A stretch of 64,000 bases of DNA, taken from NCBI GenBank assembly GCA_028534125.1, contig CM052817.1, forward strand, positions 67,954,001-68,018,000, given 5' to 3'. Made by a program: the position numbers and the translations under genes. The stretch comes from Lama glama. Its lineage: Eukaryota. Shown here one piece after another: positions 24,061-37,797 of this stretch (position 1 is the first letter of the stretch; each line of letters opens with the position of its first letter). The notes under the pieces are model-generated. The model saw only the letters and a program-made list of their open reading frames with translations. It ran no database searches and was not told the origin of the DNA.

Positions 24061-25265
24061 ATATTAAATACATAAATAACAAAGAAAGACAATATATAAT
24101 CAGGGCCAAACTGGTAGTAAAGGGTGGCAGTGACTGCTCAGAGTACAAAGGAGGAAGTGCTCTTTTTAATACATCAGACATAAAGATATCCTTGCTCTAG
24201 ACCCCAAAAAACTCAAATGGGAAGAATCAAGGTCAGGATTAAAGTTAGGTTAATCCTATGTCTTGGATTCTAGTCTAGGACATATTCCCTTTATCCGTAG
24301 GCATTGGAAAGCCATGGACAGTTTGTGAGCCTGAGTGTCTATCACAATACAGGTAAGTGGATTAGTTTTGCTAAAGAACAAACTTTGGGAATCCCGAAGC
24401 TCAACATTTTCAACTTCCTTAGTTTAGACTCAAAATTGGACCACAATCAAAATTTTATAACCACAATCACAAGCCTACAGAATGAAAATAAAACACAGCT
24501 AATTTCTGGGGCTACCCCAGAGATTCCTGAGAAGTTGAAGTACATCATTTTGTCTCAAAAAATAAAATGCACCCAGTGTTAGTATTTCAGAAATTGGAAA
24601 GGGAATTCAAATCCTTCCAATAACAGAGTTTAATCTACCCCATTTTGGCGGTGTTATCAGGCTACTTTCTCAAATATGACTTGAAAACTTTTGTTATGTA
24701 GGTTTACACAAGATATTCTCATCTATTTGCTTTTTATTCTTGATGCTAACTTCCTCCGTCAGAAAAACCTCTTGCCAGTTGAATGGGAGTCATTGTAGAA
24801 ATATAGTCTGTCTGTCTGTCTCACATGCACACACACACACCCCAGAGCCAAACAACATAACTCAGAAGGGGATTACCGACTTAGCACAAACCTGTCACCA
24901 GCCATGTCATTAAAGATAGTGCTACAGTAATGACTGCCCCACTCCCTGTGCCTCTGTCCCACCTTCAGCTGCCCTAGCTGCCGTTCATTTTGAATTCAAG
25001 GGCCCATTAAAGAAATCCAGAATGGCTCTTTCTCCATTGACATAAGCAACATTTTATCATGTACTATCTGGTTAGTTGCCCATATGTATCTATCTTTCCA
25101 GCCATAATACAAAAGCACATGTGGCACATCTGTCCTTGCTAAGTACCAATGCACATGACAATCTGGATGGAGTTCACTCTGTCAATCCCAATGGCAAAGG
25201 GGATAAAAATGGTAAATTTCACAGTGCAGCAGTAAAATAATAATAACCTGTTATTTAACTGACAT

Positions 25266-25445
25266 GGCCAACAATTCTGTCTTGAAAATATGCATCTGAC
25301 AATTTTCTCTTACGCCCAAGGATTTTCACCTTCCAGGGACACAACCAATAATTTTGCTCATCCACAGACATAGCTGACAATTTTGTCTTCTACAGTGTAG
25401 ATTGACAATTTGTTCTTCAAGAAATGAAGCTGACAGATTTGTACC
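25266..25445. repeat. Degenerate ~28-bp tandem array with core (g)ctgacaattttgtctt
   Basis: Cores at 25269, 25297, ~25317, 25346, 25375, 25403 and 25431. The last three are exactly 28 bp apart. Confidence 0.65.
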
Positions 25446-26338
25446 CATCAGTCACTACCAAAACTCATCACAGCTAAGATAATGTAGCCGAAATATTTTC
25501 CTTTTAGGATAGCAACCTTTCATCCAAACTTTATTTTTGCTCTATTTAAAAAAAATGTTTTTAAAGAGTCCAGAAAAGTTAGCTTTTGACAATAGAAACA
25601 ATTTCTCATAGCTTATAAACATACCACCTTGTTTTTATCAGCTGTTCTGTATTCCCCCTTTTAGGAACTTAGGTGGTGGTTTATTTTAAGGCAAAAGGTG
25701 TGTCAATCACATTATAGAAGTGATTTCCATATACTATTCCAGAATCACCAGAAAAGCCTAATCAGTTTCTTTTGAATGGAATAAAAACATCCAGGATTTA
25801 GGCATTGAGGATATTTTTCTTGCCATGAAAATCTAAAATCTAGAAGATTAGCTACAACTGGAAAACTTTAATAGAAATCCAATGATATACACTATTATAT
25901 TTTGCCTATCAAATTCCCAAAGTAACAGGCCAACCAGTCCACTGTAGTTCAGAAGATTGGACCTCTAAGCTATATTCAATATATTCATTTTTCCTTCTTA
26001 TGGGTCCTACCTTCCCTACCCAAGCCAGTGGGTTGATACATTATTGCCCACTGTTTTCTTCTTGCTATATTTTATTCCCAGACTAAGGGAGAAGATCGGA
26101 GGAACATAGGGGAGAACTAAATCTTCTCTTGATGGGAAGAGTAACGTGGTTTCCTTTTATCATATACTCTTGTTACTGCTACCTCATTCTCTACACATGA
26201 AAATTCTGCACATGAAACCAGAAAAATATGAGCAGATAAAAATAAGTACATAAGTCGTAATTAAGATACATGAGAAACTGCTTAGACAACTCTGATAATG
26301 TTTTCTTTTTGGCAGATGTGTTAAATTCTAACAGCCAT

Positions 26339-27346
26339 TAATTTCCAGAATATACAAACAGCTTATACAATCTAATAACAAAAAAACTACCCAATCCAAA
26401 AATGGGCAGAAGATCTAAACAAGCAATTGTCCAGTGAAGACATACAAATGGCCAAGAGGCACATGAAAAAATGCTCAATATCACTAATTATCAAAGAAAT
26501 GCAGATCAAAACCACAATAAGTAATCACTTCACACCAGTCAGAATGGCCATCACTAAAATGTGCACAAACGATAAACGCTGGAGAGGGTGTTAAGAAAAG
26601 GGAACCCTCCTACACTGTTGGTGGGAATGTAGTTTGGTGCAGCCATGATGGAAAATAGTATGGAGATTCCTCTAAATACTAAAAATAGACTCACCATATG
26701 ATCCAACAATCCCACTCCTGGGCAAAGATCTCAAGAGAACTCTAATTTGAAAAGGCACGTGCACTCCAATATTCATAGCAGCACTATTTACAATAGCCAA
26801 GACATGGAAGCAACCTAAATGTCCATCAACAGATGAACGGATACAAAAGTTGCGTTATATTTATACAATAGAATACTACTCAGCCATAAAAAAGAATAAA
26901 AATAATGCCATTTGCTGCAACATGGATGGACCTGAAGATCATCATTCTAAGTAAGCCAGAAAGAGAAAGAAAAATGCCATATATCACTTATATGTGGAAT
27001 CTAAAAAAAAGGACACAAATAATATTTACAAAACAGAAACAAGACTCACAGACAAAGAAAACAAACTTATGGTTGCCAAGGGAGAAAGAGGGTGGGAAGG
27101 GATAAATTGGGAGTTCAAGATTTGCAGATACTATTACATATAAAATATATAAGCAAGTTTCTAACTGTACAGCACAGAGAACTATATTCAATATCTTGTA
27201 GTAACCAAAATGAAAAAGAATATGGAAAGGAATATGTATGTATACGTATGACTGAAACATTATGCTGTACACCAGAAATTGATACTACATTGTAAACCGA
27301 CTATACTTAAATAAAAAAATTTTTAAATAAATTTTAAAAATGAGAA
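26339..27346 (+). mobile_element. Young 5'-truncated L1 (ORF2 C-terminus and 3' UTR)
   Basis: TSD aaattctaacag(c/a)cat at 26323 and 27347, tt/aaa endonuclease site, ORF 26905-27105 MPFAATWMDL. Confidence 0.95.
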
Positions 27347-29430
27347 AAATTCTAACAGACATAATGCCTCTGTCCTATCTCTTTAAGAAACCTATTGGAT
27401 CCAAAGCACTTTACTAACCACTTTCAATCGTCATGCACACAAGGAAGCCAGATGCCCTTAAGAGCACAGCCTTCACAGGAGGGCTTCTGAAAAAGCTCCT
27501 CCACTGCACTCGTGCATCCTCTCTGGCTCACTCTTTCACTCATGTCTTCCTGCTCTCCTCCTTCCTAGGTGCGAGTTTTGTCTTCAATGAACAAGTCTGA
27601 TTATTATAAACAAAGGAAAGGAAGAAGGTTTCTAGCCTCTGCCGTTCTTTCTCGGAGCATCTTCACCTGAGGACAGCTGCTCAGCACTGTGGGAAATGGT
27701 TTTATTAAAGGGGTGAGGGAGCATGGAGTCAATAAAAAGGACAGGGGAGTCGAAATCACAAGAGCTGCACTCGTGCTCCTGCTGCCGCAGACTGGGGACG
27801 AATGGCGCGGCTCCTCCCTCCAGGCCACAGGAAGGCAGCGAAGGAGACCACATGACTTCCCTGAAAACCCTTTCCCCAGAGCTGTAATTGGGCACCCTTG
27901 CTACTTTGTTTTGGCCTCAGCAATGAACAGCCGCCTGCCATTACAGGAACCAGAGGCATCCTGGAGCTAAACGTCTGGGTGACTTGAATCGATTTCTCAT
28001 AATGTAAATCAATAATGCTTCTTTATAACCCACCAGATTCGGCAGACATTACTAGGAGATATGAATGATGCTTTGCATTAGGCGCTCAGATCTCCACAAA
28101 AAAGCAGATGGAATTCTAGGATATCATCACTTATCAAAACCTACAGACAAAAACAAACAAACCTCTTTCCCACTCCCCAGTTGGCATATTCTTCCACTAC
28201 AGCCCAATTTTATTTACTCTCTCAAACTGGCTTTTATTTTTGGAGAGGTGGTGTCTCATCATGTCAAATACATATTTCTTTGAAAACCTACCCAGATTTT
28301 GTTCTAAATTTAGGCCATGTGAAAGAGTCAGGGACATAAAGACCATTGCACATTGTGACTCCTGTCATTTACAGCTTCAGGAAACACAGCCCCACAATCC
28401 CCATGCTCTTAACCTTTTCTCACCTTCTCTGATGAGATCCCCAGTCCTAATTCTAAATTTCTTAAGTGCTCACTCAGAAGACCTGAATCCCAGACCCAAG
28501 GACTACTAGAGAAACGCTTAATGAGCTGGAAAGTGTGTTTTGTTTGCTCTTCAAAACTCTGAGCTTGAAAAAAAACTGATTTAGAGCCAAGCACATGGGC
28601 TTTCCCTAGAAACAGCAAACCATATTGCCTTCCTGGAGAAAGGGGCTTCCATCACTCCTTCCTTCCTGTCTCACCACTTCTAAGCTGACCAACAGTGGAC
28701 ACGTTTTAAAGGTGAATCAAGACGTGAGCTAAGCACAGTGAATCAAATTCCCTCTAAGCTGTGAGACACAAGGACTCCAATAACATGATCATGGGTACAA
28801 GAAGTATAAGAAGGATCATGTAGAGTTGGGCTGGAGCCACTACATTGAGCCATGTGTTGATAAAATCATTTAGGTTTGGGAAGAGATGTTTAAAAGCAGG
28901 TCTGAAAGAACTTGCAGACTTAAATCACAGAGGAAGCACCTCACTTCTTGAATTTCCAGTTCTAGTTTCTGTATTACCTTGCTTCACATCATTTTTTGTT
29001 CTTAAATGTTCATGTTCTACTCCAGCATAAACGGGTTTTTATTTCTTGGAAGCAATAGACCTTTAAAAAATATAGGGTTGTAACTGGTGGGGTTTACCAA
29101 TTCCCATGTAAGGTAAAAATTGTGTACTGATTGAGAATGAAAATGCTATACAACAGAGAGGTAAGGAAAAACATTCCTTAGCCTAATGGGTACTTCCATT
29201 TTCAATGCACTAGGCAACATACAGAGGTTTCCAACCCTCTCTCTATCCATTTCCAAGAGGTCTGAGGGATAGCTTCCAGACTGGAGGAATCATGTATCTG
29301 TCCATATCTAAGGTCCTTTGATTAACACTGTCATAGTTAATTTTACTATTTGGAGCTATTCAGCCTACTCCAGTGATTCGAAAAACGCTTTTGATAAAAA
29401 GAATGACTTTTTAAAAAGCATTATTTCAAA

Positions 29431-29523
29431 GGGGTGGGGTATAGCTCAGTAGTCCTTACCATATGTGAGGTCCTGGGTTCAATCCCCAGTACCTCAGTTA
29501 AAAAAAAAAAAGGAAAAAAATTT
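29431..29523 (+). mobile_element. tRNA-derived camelid-type SINE (short form)
   Basis: 'ggggtatagctcagt...gtcctgggttcaatccccagtacctc' with poly(A). TSD aaaaagcattatttca / aaaaacattacttca. Confidence 0.88.
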
Positions 29524-30120
29524 AAAAACATTACTTCAGTTCATTTTCTCTACCCTTGGGAATCCCACAAGGATGGCAAGACTTCTCAAATATTTGCCAG
29601 TTCTTAATCTCATAGGTCATATTAAGAAAAGTGACATCAGAGGAAATTTGGGGGGCAGACAGTCTGGAAAAAACAAGATGAAACATTATCAAGCTTCAGG
29701 AAGCAGCAGTTTTACATTTCTCTCTCTTTCTCCCGCCTACTAATGCGCACACGTGCATCATTCCCTTTGCACCACACCTCAGTCTGCTGCTGAACCACTC
29801 CCACCCAGCATGAGCCCACTGCTGGCCTGTGGCTTCGGATGTGCTCTTTCACTTTCACTCATCACAATCTCCTGCTTGTTTCATTTCTTCCTTCCCTGTG
29901 CACCTCTTATGACTTTGCCCTCAGTGTTTCTCCAGCCCATCTCACCGATGGCTTCACTTGATCAACAACCTCCACATTCCAAGATGTCCAGGAAAAAGAA
30001 CTAAACTAAGAGACTGAAGATACAGGTACCAGTCCCAGCCCTGCCATCAATCACTTGTGCAGTTGTATTCCTTAGTTTTCTCATCTGTTTAATGATGAAG
30101 AGTTCAAACAGATGGCCCCT

Positions 30121-30260
30121 GGAGGGGAGGGTATAGCTCAGTGGTAGATTGTGTGCTTAGCATGTGTGAAGTCCCGGGTTCAATTCCCAGTACCTCCACT
30201 AAATAAAAAATTAAATAAAGAAAGAAACCTAACTACCTCTCCCTGCAAAAATAAACAAAA
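30121..30260 (+). mobile_element. tRNA-derived camelid-type SINE inserted in a MIR relic
   Basis: 'gggtatagctcagtggtagattgtgtgcttagcatg...gggttcaattcccagtacctcca'. TSD aaacagatggcccc / acacagatgttcccc. Confidence 0.9.
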
Positions 30261-30920
30261 ACACAGATGTTCCCCCCAAGAGCCTTCCTAGTTGTCAAGT
30301 TCTGTAACTTTAATGTTTTTTTCTTCAAATGGAAAAGACTTTTAAAAACATTTACCTCATTACTATGTCTTTGTATCCCCAGTCCTTAGCAGAGTATTGG
30401 GTACTTGGAGGCTGCCTAGTAAATGTCTGTTTGTTGAGTGAAGTTATCACCTCTGCTGCTGATCTGTGGCCTGAGTGTTGGCAGCATTACATTTCTATGT
30501 CAATACAGTGAAAGGAGAAATGTCTATTCTCCATAATTCCAGGTGTCAGAAGCAGGCAGAATAACCCGAAAAGAATGTTCCCCATAAAAGTAGTCAAACT
30601 GACAGGACTCGACAATACCCTTCAGGGGGCTGAAAGTCATGAGAAGGGTCTTTTATCAGAGGTGTGGGCACTTAGAAGGAGGTGGAGTCTGACAAGTGAG
30701 ACAAGCAAATGGCTGTGTGATGTGAGCCCTCCTTACAACACCCCAAGTCTTCAGTGATGTTACTCAATCTACAAAGTCATCACTGATGGAATTTTTCTTC
30801 ATAAAAAATAAAATGAAACAGTGAAGGTCTTCAGTTGGCTGGTGTAGGCTGGATTATAATGGGATAAATATGCTGGCATTGATGATGAGTAGGAGTGACC
30901 ATTAGAAAATAAGTGTGGCA

Positions 30921-31438
30921 GAAGACATGGAAGCAACCTAAATGTCCATCAACAGATGACTGGAAAAAGAAGCTGTGTTATATTTATACTATGGAATACT
31001 ACTCTGTCACAAAAAAGAATAAAATAATGTCATTTGCAGCAACATGGATGAACCTAGAGACCATCACTCCAAGTGAAGTAAGCCAGAAAGAGAAAGAAAA
31101 ATACTACATGATATCACTTATATGCAGAATCTAAAAAAAAAGGACACTATGAACTCATCTAAACAACAGAAACAGACTCTCAGACTTGGTAAACAATCAT
31201 ATGGTCACCAGGGAAAGGGGGTGGGAAGGGATAAATTTGGGAGTTTGAGATTTACAAATTTTAGCCACTATATATAAAAATAGATTTTAAAAAAAGTTTC
31301 TTTTGTATAACACGGAGAACTATATTCAATATCTTATAATAACCTTTAATGGAAAATATATGAAAATGAATATATGTATGTATATGCAGAGATTGACACA
31401 TTATAATTGACTGTAATTCAATAAAAAGAAAAAGAAAA
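30921..31438 (+). mobile_element. Young 5'-truncated L1 3' end
   Basis: L1 ORF2 end (KTWKQPKCPSTDDW) and 3' UTR. TSD agaaaataagtgtggca / agaaaagatgtgtggca. Confidence 0.93.
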
Positions 31439-32409
31439 AGAAAAGATGTGTGGCAAGTCACAGAAATTCTGTGGAGAATTTGGTATGCATGAAAACTATG
31501 ATATTGAGGGTTTGAGCCAAATTCACCTAAATCTTCAGGTAACAGAAGGCCCAGCTGACATCTGGGTTACACATTTATTTCCTTGTCAATGACGGATCAA
31601 AAATGCATCACTGGTCTGCTATAAAATAAATATAATGAATTATAAGGAGTTAATACATCAAAATGATGTACAAACGGCAGGATGTGAAAATTAAGCCAAC
31701 ACCAATTACAATGGAAACACTTCATTTGAATAAGTACAATTCCTAATGATACAAGTCATGAAAACAAGCCACCTCTACACGCCGACTGAAAATAACTTGC
31801 CTTAACTTGGTAAGTGAGATTGCATTTGCTTTTACAATTACCAGAAAATGCTACATGAAATTTACCCCTGGATCTCTGCCTTTTAAAAATTTAATCATAC
31901 CAATAACATCTACATCAACTGTCCATAAGGGGAAGCCATGAAAGAACCACCTAAAATAGGACAGCGTATTATTTTGAAGAGCAAAGAGATTATGCAAAAG
32001 ATGTTCACCCTTCTAATTACTGGACGGTTTTCAACTTGCTCAAGTTCACATCCAAACTGAGATCTAACATAACCCATGTGGTACAGCCCTATCGTCTAAG
32101 CCTCCAGCCACTCTTTCATCATGAGCCACTTACTACAACATCTAAGGTAAGTCAAGTGCATCCTGAGATGAATAATCAGTGAAATCATTACTTGAAAGGC
32201 GAACAATCCTGTGCCCTCCAATCATGTAAGTAGCTGGGAGCTGACAAGTTAGAAAATGAAAGAAAAATGGGGTCATGCTGAGGTTAGTTTCAAAAGGCAT
32301 TCCTTTTCCCTAAAATGAACTTTTTCCCCTTGAATATAAAAGATAACATGTTTATTGTAGAAAGTTAAACAATAAAGAAGAAAATGAGTAAGAAGGTTAG
32401 ATGTCACCC

Positions 32410-32791
32410 CAAATCTACAAGGCTGCTGTAACAAAACAGCACGGACTGAGTGACTTAAACAACACACATTGATACTCTCACCATATGGAGGCTGGCAGAA
32501 GCCCAAGCTCCAGGGGAGAGCTAGGCTGGGCTCTGGTAAGAGCCGTCTTCCTGGCTTGCAGACAGCTGTCTTCTAGCTATGTCCTCACATGGCCTCTCCT
32601 CTGTGCCAAGAGTGCGCGCTGGTTTCTCTTCCTCTTCTTGTAAGGACACCAGTCCTGTCAGGTGAGGGCCCCACCCTAATCACCTCACTTAATCTTAATT
32701 ACCCTCTTGAGGGCTCTGTCTCCAAATACAGTCACATCAGGGGTTAGGGCCCCAACATATGAGTTTTGGGGAGACAGTTCTGTCCATAACA
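32410..32791 (-). mobile_element. MLT1A/B-type MaLR solo LTR
   Basis: 'ggctgctgtaacaaaacagcacggactgagtgacttaaacaac...tctccaaatacagtcacat...gtccataaca'. Confidence 0.88.
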
Positions 32792-33039
32792 TCTCCCATA
32801 AAAAGCTTTAAGGATATTTAAATTCATGTTAATAAATTTAGGCCTATATGACCATTTTAATGCTTTTCCTAATGTTCCCTTGTGTGGGTACACTATCATT
32901 AAAACAATCACACTAATTTAATTTCTTTGATACTCCGAGAAAGTGCTGCAGTGAACACACACCGATGTGTCTGTGCAGGTGTGTCTGCACCCTTTCCAGT
33001 ATTCTCCTTAGAACATTTCTAGGAGGTGAAGAGTCACTT

Positions 33040-33200
33040 GTGGGAAAGGAGACCCAGGGAACTGGCCCCAAAGAGGCTGCTGTTATAGCTGTGAGTAATA
33101 AAGCCTTCTGTCTCTGACCTGGGCACCCACGGACCGTGGCAGCCTAATGCTGCTTTTCCCAGTGAGATAACACCTCAGATGCTTTCCAGCTCTTGAGATA
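33040..33200 (+). mobile_element. ERV LTR 3' fragment
   Basis: 'gagtaataaagccttctgtctctgacc...gtggcagcctaa...cctcagatgctttccagctcttga' looks like an R/U5 end with poly(A) signal. Confidence 0.55.
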
Positions 33201-33616
33201 TTTTCACCACAATTATGACAGCATCCATTATCTCTTGCCAATGTAGGGTATGATCTATCTCAAATCGCATCAGGCTCATAACTTTTAAAATAATATTATT
33301 TGTAATTTCTTAATAGGTTCATTGGTCCATTCTACTGCTTTTTTTGGTAAATACCTATTTTTCTCTTATGAGTCTTTTTGTATAAAATTGAAAGAGTTGT
33401 TTGTATATTAGGAATTTTGGCATTTTGTCTGTGAGGTTAAAAGAAACTGTTATAAATATCTAAGTATAAGTTTTTTGTTAAAGTCAAATCTTAAAATCTT
33501 CTGCCTTATGGATTTTTATCTTGGTGTCATGACTTCTCCTCTTCAAAATATGTGAATATGGACTTAGGCCTTTGCAGAAATTCAGGTGGATCACAGATTA
33601 GCAAGGGTACGCGACC

Positions 33617-33623
33617 CATACAT

Positions 33624-33673
<50 letters not shown>
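33617..33673. repeat. Compound (CATA)n(CA)n microsatellite
   Basis: Directly visible. Confidence 0.97.
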
Positions 33674-33675
<2 letters not shown>

Positions 33676-36600
33676 CCTGATTTATTTATCCAATTTGGTG
33701 AAATTGAGGAGGCTGCACAAAGCCGAGGAAAATGCTTCATATCGCAATGTGGCTTCCATTGCCACACCCCGGTATGCTAGTGGTGGGGGGCATACAGCTC
33801 AGTGACACTATCTTGTCCATACTGGGGCTTCCCCGTGCTGTGCTGCAATCCTTTTATACTTAGAACCTACCTCCCCTATTCAGGAAGACTTGCACAATCA
33901 ATTCCTGGGCTTAATTCCATGTAAGAGACCGTTTACCACACCAGCTCTCTTGTACCATACTTAGTTTGGCCACATCTTCATCCCTCTTACTCTCTTTTTG
34001 CAGAATTAAGCTATTCTTATACTTTGACTGGTCCAAAACAGTTTAGATTCATTTTCCAAAGTTTTCCATCTCACTCCCCACCACTCAGGCCACTACTATT
34101 TTAATTATGATTGCATTAAATATACTGTTTAAGGAGCAATGACATCTGAAAATATTGCTATACTTTTGTTTTCAAGAATTCTTTTACATCCCTCACATTT
34201 ACAGTTTTCTTCACAATATCCTATACTTGTCTTGGTAACCTTGACCCTTATTTTCTGTTGTTGTTGATTATTAATTTAAGTAGCATTATTGGTTCTGGTT
34301 CAAGAGGGTGATTTAGGAGGCTCCTGAATTCAACTTCTCCCATGGACATACCAAATCTACAGCTACACACAGAACAAAATCCTCTGAAAAGAGATTCAGA
34401 AACTCTGAGTGACTCCTACATATTGGGTGAACAAGACAAAAACCCACATCAGAATAGGTGGGAGAGTCTAAGACACAATCTCTCCATAAACCCCACTTCC
34501 AACATGACAACATACAACCAGGAGGGAACCCACAACTCCCAGTTTCTCCCCATGGAGTGAAGGGTCTGGACCCCATATCTGCTGCCCCAACTTTCAGACT
34601 TCACCCTGAGAGATGGGCTCTCAAAACAATTACCTTTGAAAGCCAATGGGGTCTGAGTCCACAAGGTCCACAAGGCTACAGTTATCTGCAAAACAGGCCT
34701 TATGAGGCTTACACGAGCCTCCTTCCTAGATCCCAGCACAGAGGCAGCAGACTGATATGGGTCAAGCCTTTCTTTGAAACAGGCCTATCTGCTCATCTTA
34801 AAAGCTTCAGAAGCCCTGAGGAGCAAGCTTCTAATTTAACACACATCTAGGGGTGACTGTAATACTCTCCAAAGATTGCCAAGGCTGGCAGGTAACATCT
34901 TCATGCTCTCCCAGCTGCCTCACTTCAGGTTGCCAGTATTTACTGGAAAGGAGCTTGTGCACATGACTGGCAACCTGGCTTTTATGGCTGCCACCCAGGG
35001 ATGCACTCCTAATCACCTGGATCTGATGGCCAGTGGGGCTTGGGTTCACAGTTTCAATAGAACAGTAGCAAACAAAAATAACAGTTATTAACTGGCTGTC
35101 CTAGGGCTCAGTGCAGAAGGAACAGACAGAAACACCCGTCTCCCAGTCACCCTTGAAAGAGGTAGGTTTGCATACTTTAAAAGCTGAGTATCTGGCCTCC
35201 AGTCAGTCCAGCCTCCAATGAACAGGCCTCACTCAGTCTAGTCTGAGGGTCCAGTTTCCACTCAGCCTGCATCTAGAGGCTGTTTGAGACCCTCCACTTG
35301 GGACAGTGACAGGTCTTGACATATCCTCAACTGGGAGCCACTAAGAACAAAGAAGGCTGCTTAGACAATCAAAAGATTTGAGAGACAACCAAGAGCTAGG
35401 GCAAGGCTGAACAATAAAGTTTACCTCCTACTTGAAACACCTTCAAGACTGGGAGAGGTGGCTGCTTATCAAATGCACAGAAACAAACACATAGAGTCGA
35501 GGAGAATAAAGAAACAGAAGAATAGGTTCTAAACAAAAGGACAAGATAAAACCCTAGAAAAAGACTTCAATGAAATGGAGATAACTGACTGACCTGATAA
35601 AGAACTTGGAATAATGTTAATAAAAAATACTCACCACAGTCAGAACAATACATGAACAAAGTGAGAATTTCAACAAAGAGATAGAAAACAAAAGAAGGTA
35701 CCAAACGAAATGACAGATCAGAAGAATACAAAAATGAAACTGAGAAATTCAATAAAAGTGTTGAGCAACAGACAAGATCAAATGGAACAAAGGATCCATG
35801 AACTCAAAGACAGGACAGTGGAATTCATCCAATCAGAGGAGCAAAAAGAAAAAAATAATGTAAAAGAATGAAGATTTGGGACTTACGGTATACCATTAAG
35901 TGGACCAATATTCACATTTAAAGGGGGCCCCAGAAGGAGAAGAGAGAAAGAAGCAAGAAACTTCTTTGAAGAAATAATAGCTGAAAATTTCTCTAACCTC
36001 TATTATAGAAGGAAGAGACATCCAAATCCAGGAAGACAGAAAGTTCTACACCAAGACACATTGTAATTAAATTGTCAAAAGTTAAAGATAAGGATAGAAT
36101 CTTAAAAGCAACCAGAAAAAAACACCTTGTTATGAATGAGGGAGCTGCCATAAGACCATCAGATATTTTTTAGCAGAAACTTTGCAGGCCAGAAGTGAGT
36201 GGCACATTATATTCGAAGTGCTGAAAGAAAAAAATAATGCCAACCAAGAACACTATATTTGGCAAATTGTCCCTTAGAACTGAAGGAGAGAGTTTTTCCA
36301 ACATACAAAAAGCTGAACAAGTTCATCACCACTAGACCAGTCTTACAAAAACTACTAAAGGAACTTCCTCAAGCTGTAACAAAAGGGTATTAATTAGTAA
36401 TGAGAAAACATATGGAAGTACAGATCTCACCAGTAAAAGTAATACTTAGTTAAATTCAGAATACTCTAACGCTGTAAGGGTGGTGGGTTAATCATTTATA
36501 AATCTACTATGAAGGTTAAAAGACAAAAGTAGTAAAAATAAGCACAATAATTTTTTTAATGAATACCCAAGATAAGATGTAATTGTGACATCAAAAACAT

Positions 36601-36777
36601 AAAATGTGGAAGGGGAGAGTAAAAATGTAGAGCTTTAGAATGTGTTCAAACCAAAGCTGTTATCAACTTAACATAAGCATGTGAATATGTTTCATCTAAG
36701 TCTCATGGTGACCACAAAGCAAAAAGCTAGATACACAAAAGATAAATGGAAAGGACTAAGGATACTATCACAAAAAA

Positions 36778-37277
36778 NNNNNNNNNNNNNNNNNNNNNNN
36801 NNNNNNNNNNNNNNNNNNNNNNNNNNNNNNNNNNNNNNNNNNNNNNNNNNNNNNNNNNNNNNNNNNNNNNNNNNNNNNNNNNNNNNNNNNNNNNNNNNNN
36901 NNNNNNNNNNNNNNNNNNNNNNNNNNNNNNNNNNNNNNNNNNNNNNNNNNNNNNNNNNNNNNNNNNNNNNNNNNNNNNNNNNNNNNNNNNNNNNNNNNNN
37001 NNNNNNNNNNNNNNNNNNNNNNNNNNNNNNNNNNNNNNNNNNNNNNNNNNNNNNNNNNNNNNNNNNNNNNNNNNNNNNNNNNNNNNNNNNNNNNNNNNNN
37101 NNNNNNNNNNNNNNNNNNNNNNNNNNNNNNNNNNNNNNNNNNNNNNNNNNNNNNNNNNNNNNNNNNNNNNNNNNNNNNNNNNNNNNNNNNNNNNNNNNNN
37201 NNNNNNNNNNNNNNNNNNNNNNNNNNNNNNNNNNNNNNNNNNNNNNNNNNNNNNNNNNNNNNNNNNNNNNNNNNNNN
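36778..37277. other. Assembly gap (500 N)
   Basis: Run of exactly 500 N. Confidence 1.
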
Positions 37278-37737
37278 GAAGAAAAAAAGAGGACTCAAAA
37301 AAAAATATCAGAAATGAAAGAGGAGCTATTACAACTGTCAGCACAACAATACAAAGGATCATAAAAGACTACTATGAACAATTTTATTCTAAAAATTGGT
37401 CAACCTAGAAGAAATGGATACAAATATACAACCTATAAAGACTGAATCATTAAGAAAAGGAAAATCTGAATGGACCATTTACTAGTAAGGAGATTGAATC
37501 AGTGATCAAAAATCTCTCAAGAAACAAAAGTCTAGGACCAGACAGTTCCATGAGTGAATTCTACCAAACATTTAAAGAAGTAGTGCTAATTTTCCTCAAA
37601 ATCTTCCCCCTAAAACTCATTTTACAAGTATTACCTGATACTAAAACCACACAAAGATACCATAAGAAAATTACAGGCCAACATCCCACATGAATATAGA
37701 TGCAAAAATCCTCAACAAAACATTAGCAAACCAAATT

Positions 37738-37797
37738 CAACACTGCATTAGACAGATCAATACTACATTAGAAAGATCAACACTACATTAGAAGGAT
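37738..37797. repeat. 20-bp x3 tandem repeat inside L1 ORF2
   Basis: caacactgcattagacagat / caatactacattagaaagat / caacactacattagaaggat. Confidence 0.92.

Larger units (their letters stand above)
32810..34277 (-). mobile_element. Very old antisense L1 (L1ME-like) relics, patchy
   Basis: T-rich degenerate segments such as 'aagagttgtttgtatattagga', 'tcaaatcttaaaatcttctgccttatggattt'. Similar sequence continues at 40343-40500. Confidence 0.5.

Noticed and set aside
25266..25445. CRISPR-like repeat-spacer array
   Set aside because: Mammalian DNA, cores too short and degenerate, ~12-bp spacers and no cas genes.
30128..30200. tRNA genes at SINE heads (also 15210, 22080, 29436)
   Set aside because: A/B boxes are followed by SINE linker, poly(A) and TSDs, and the cloverleaf is degenerate.
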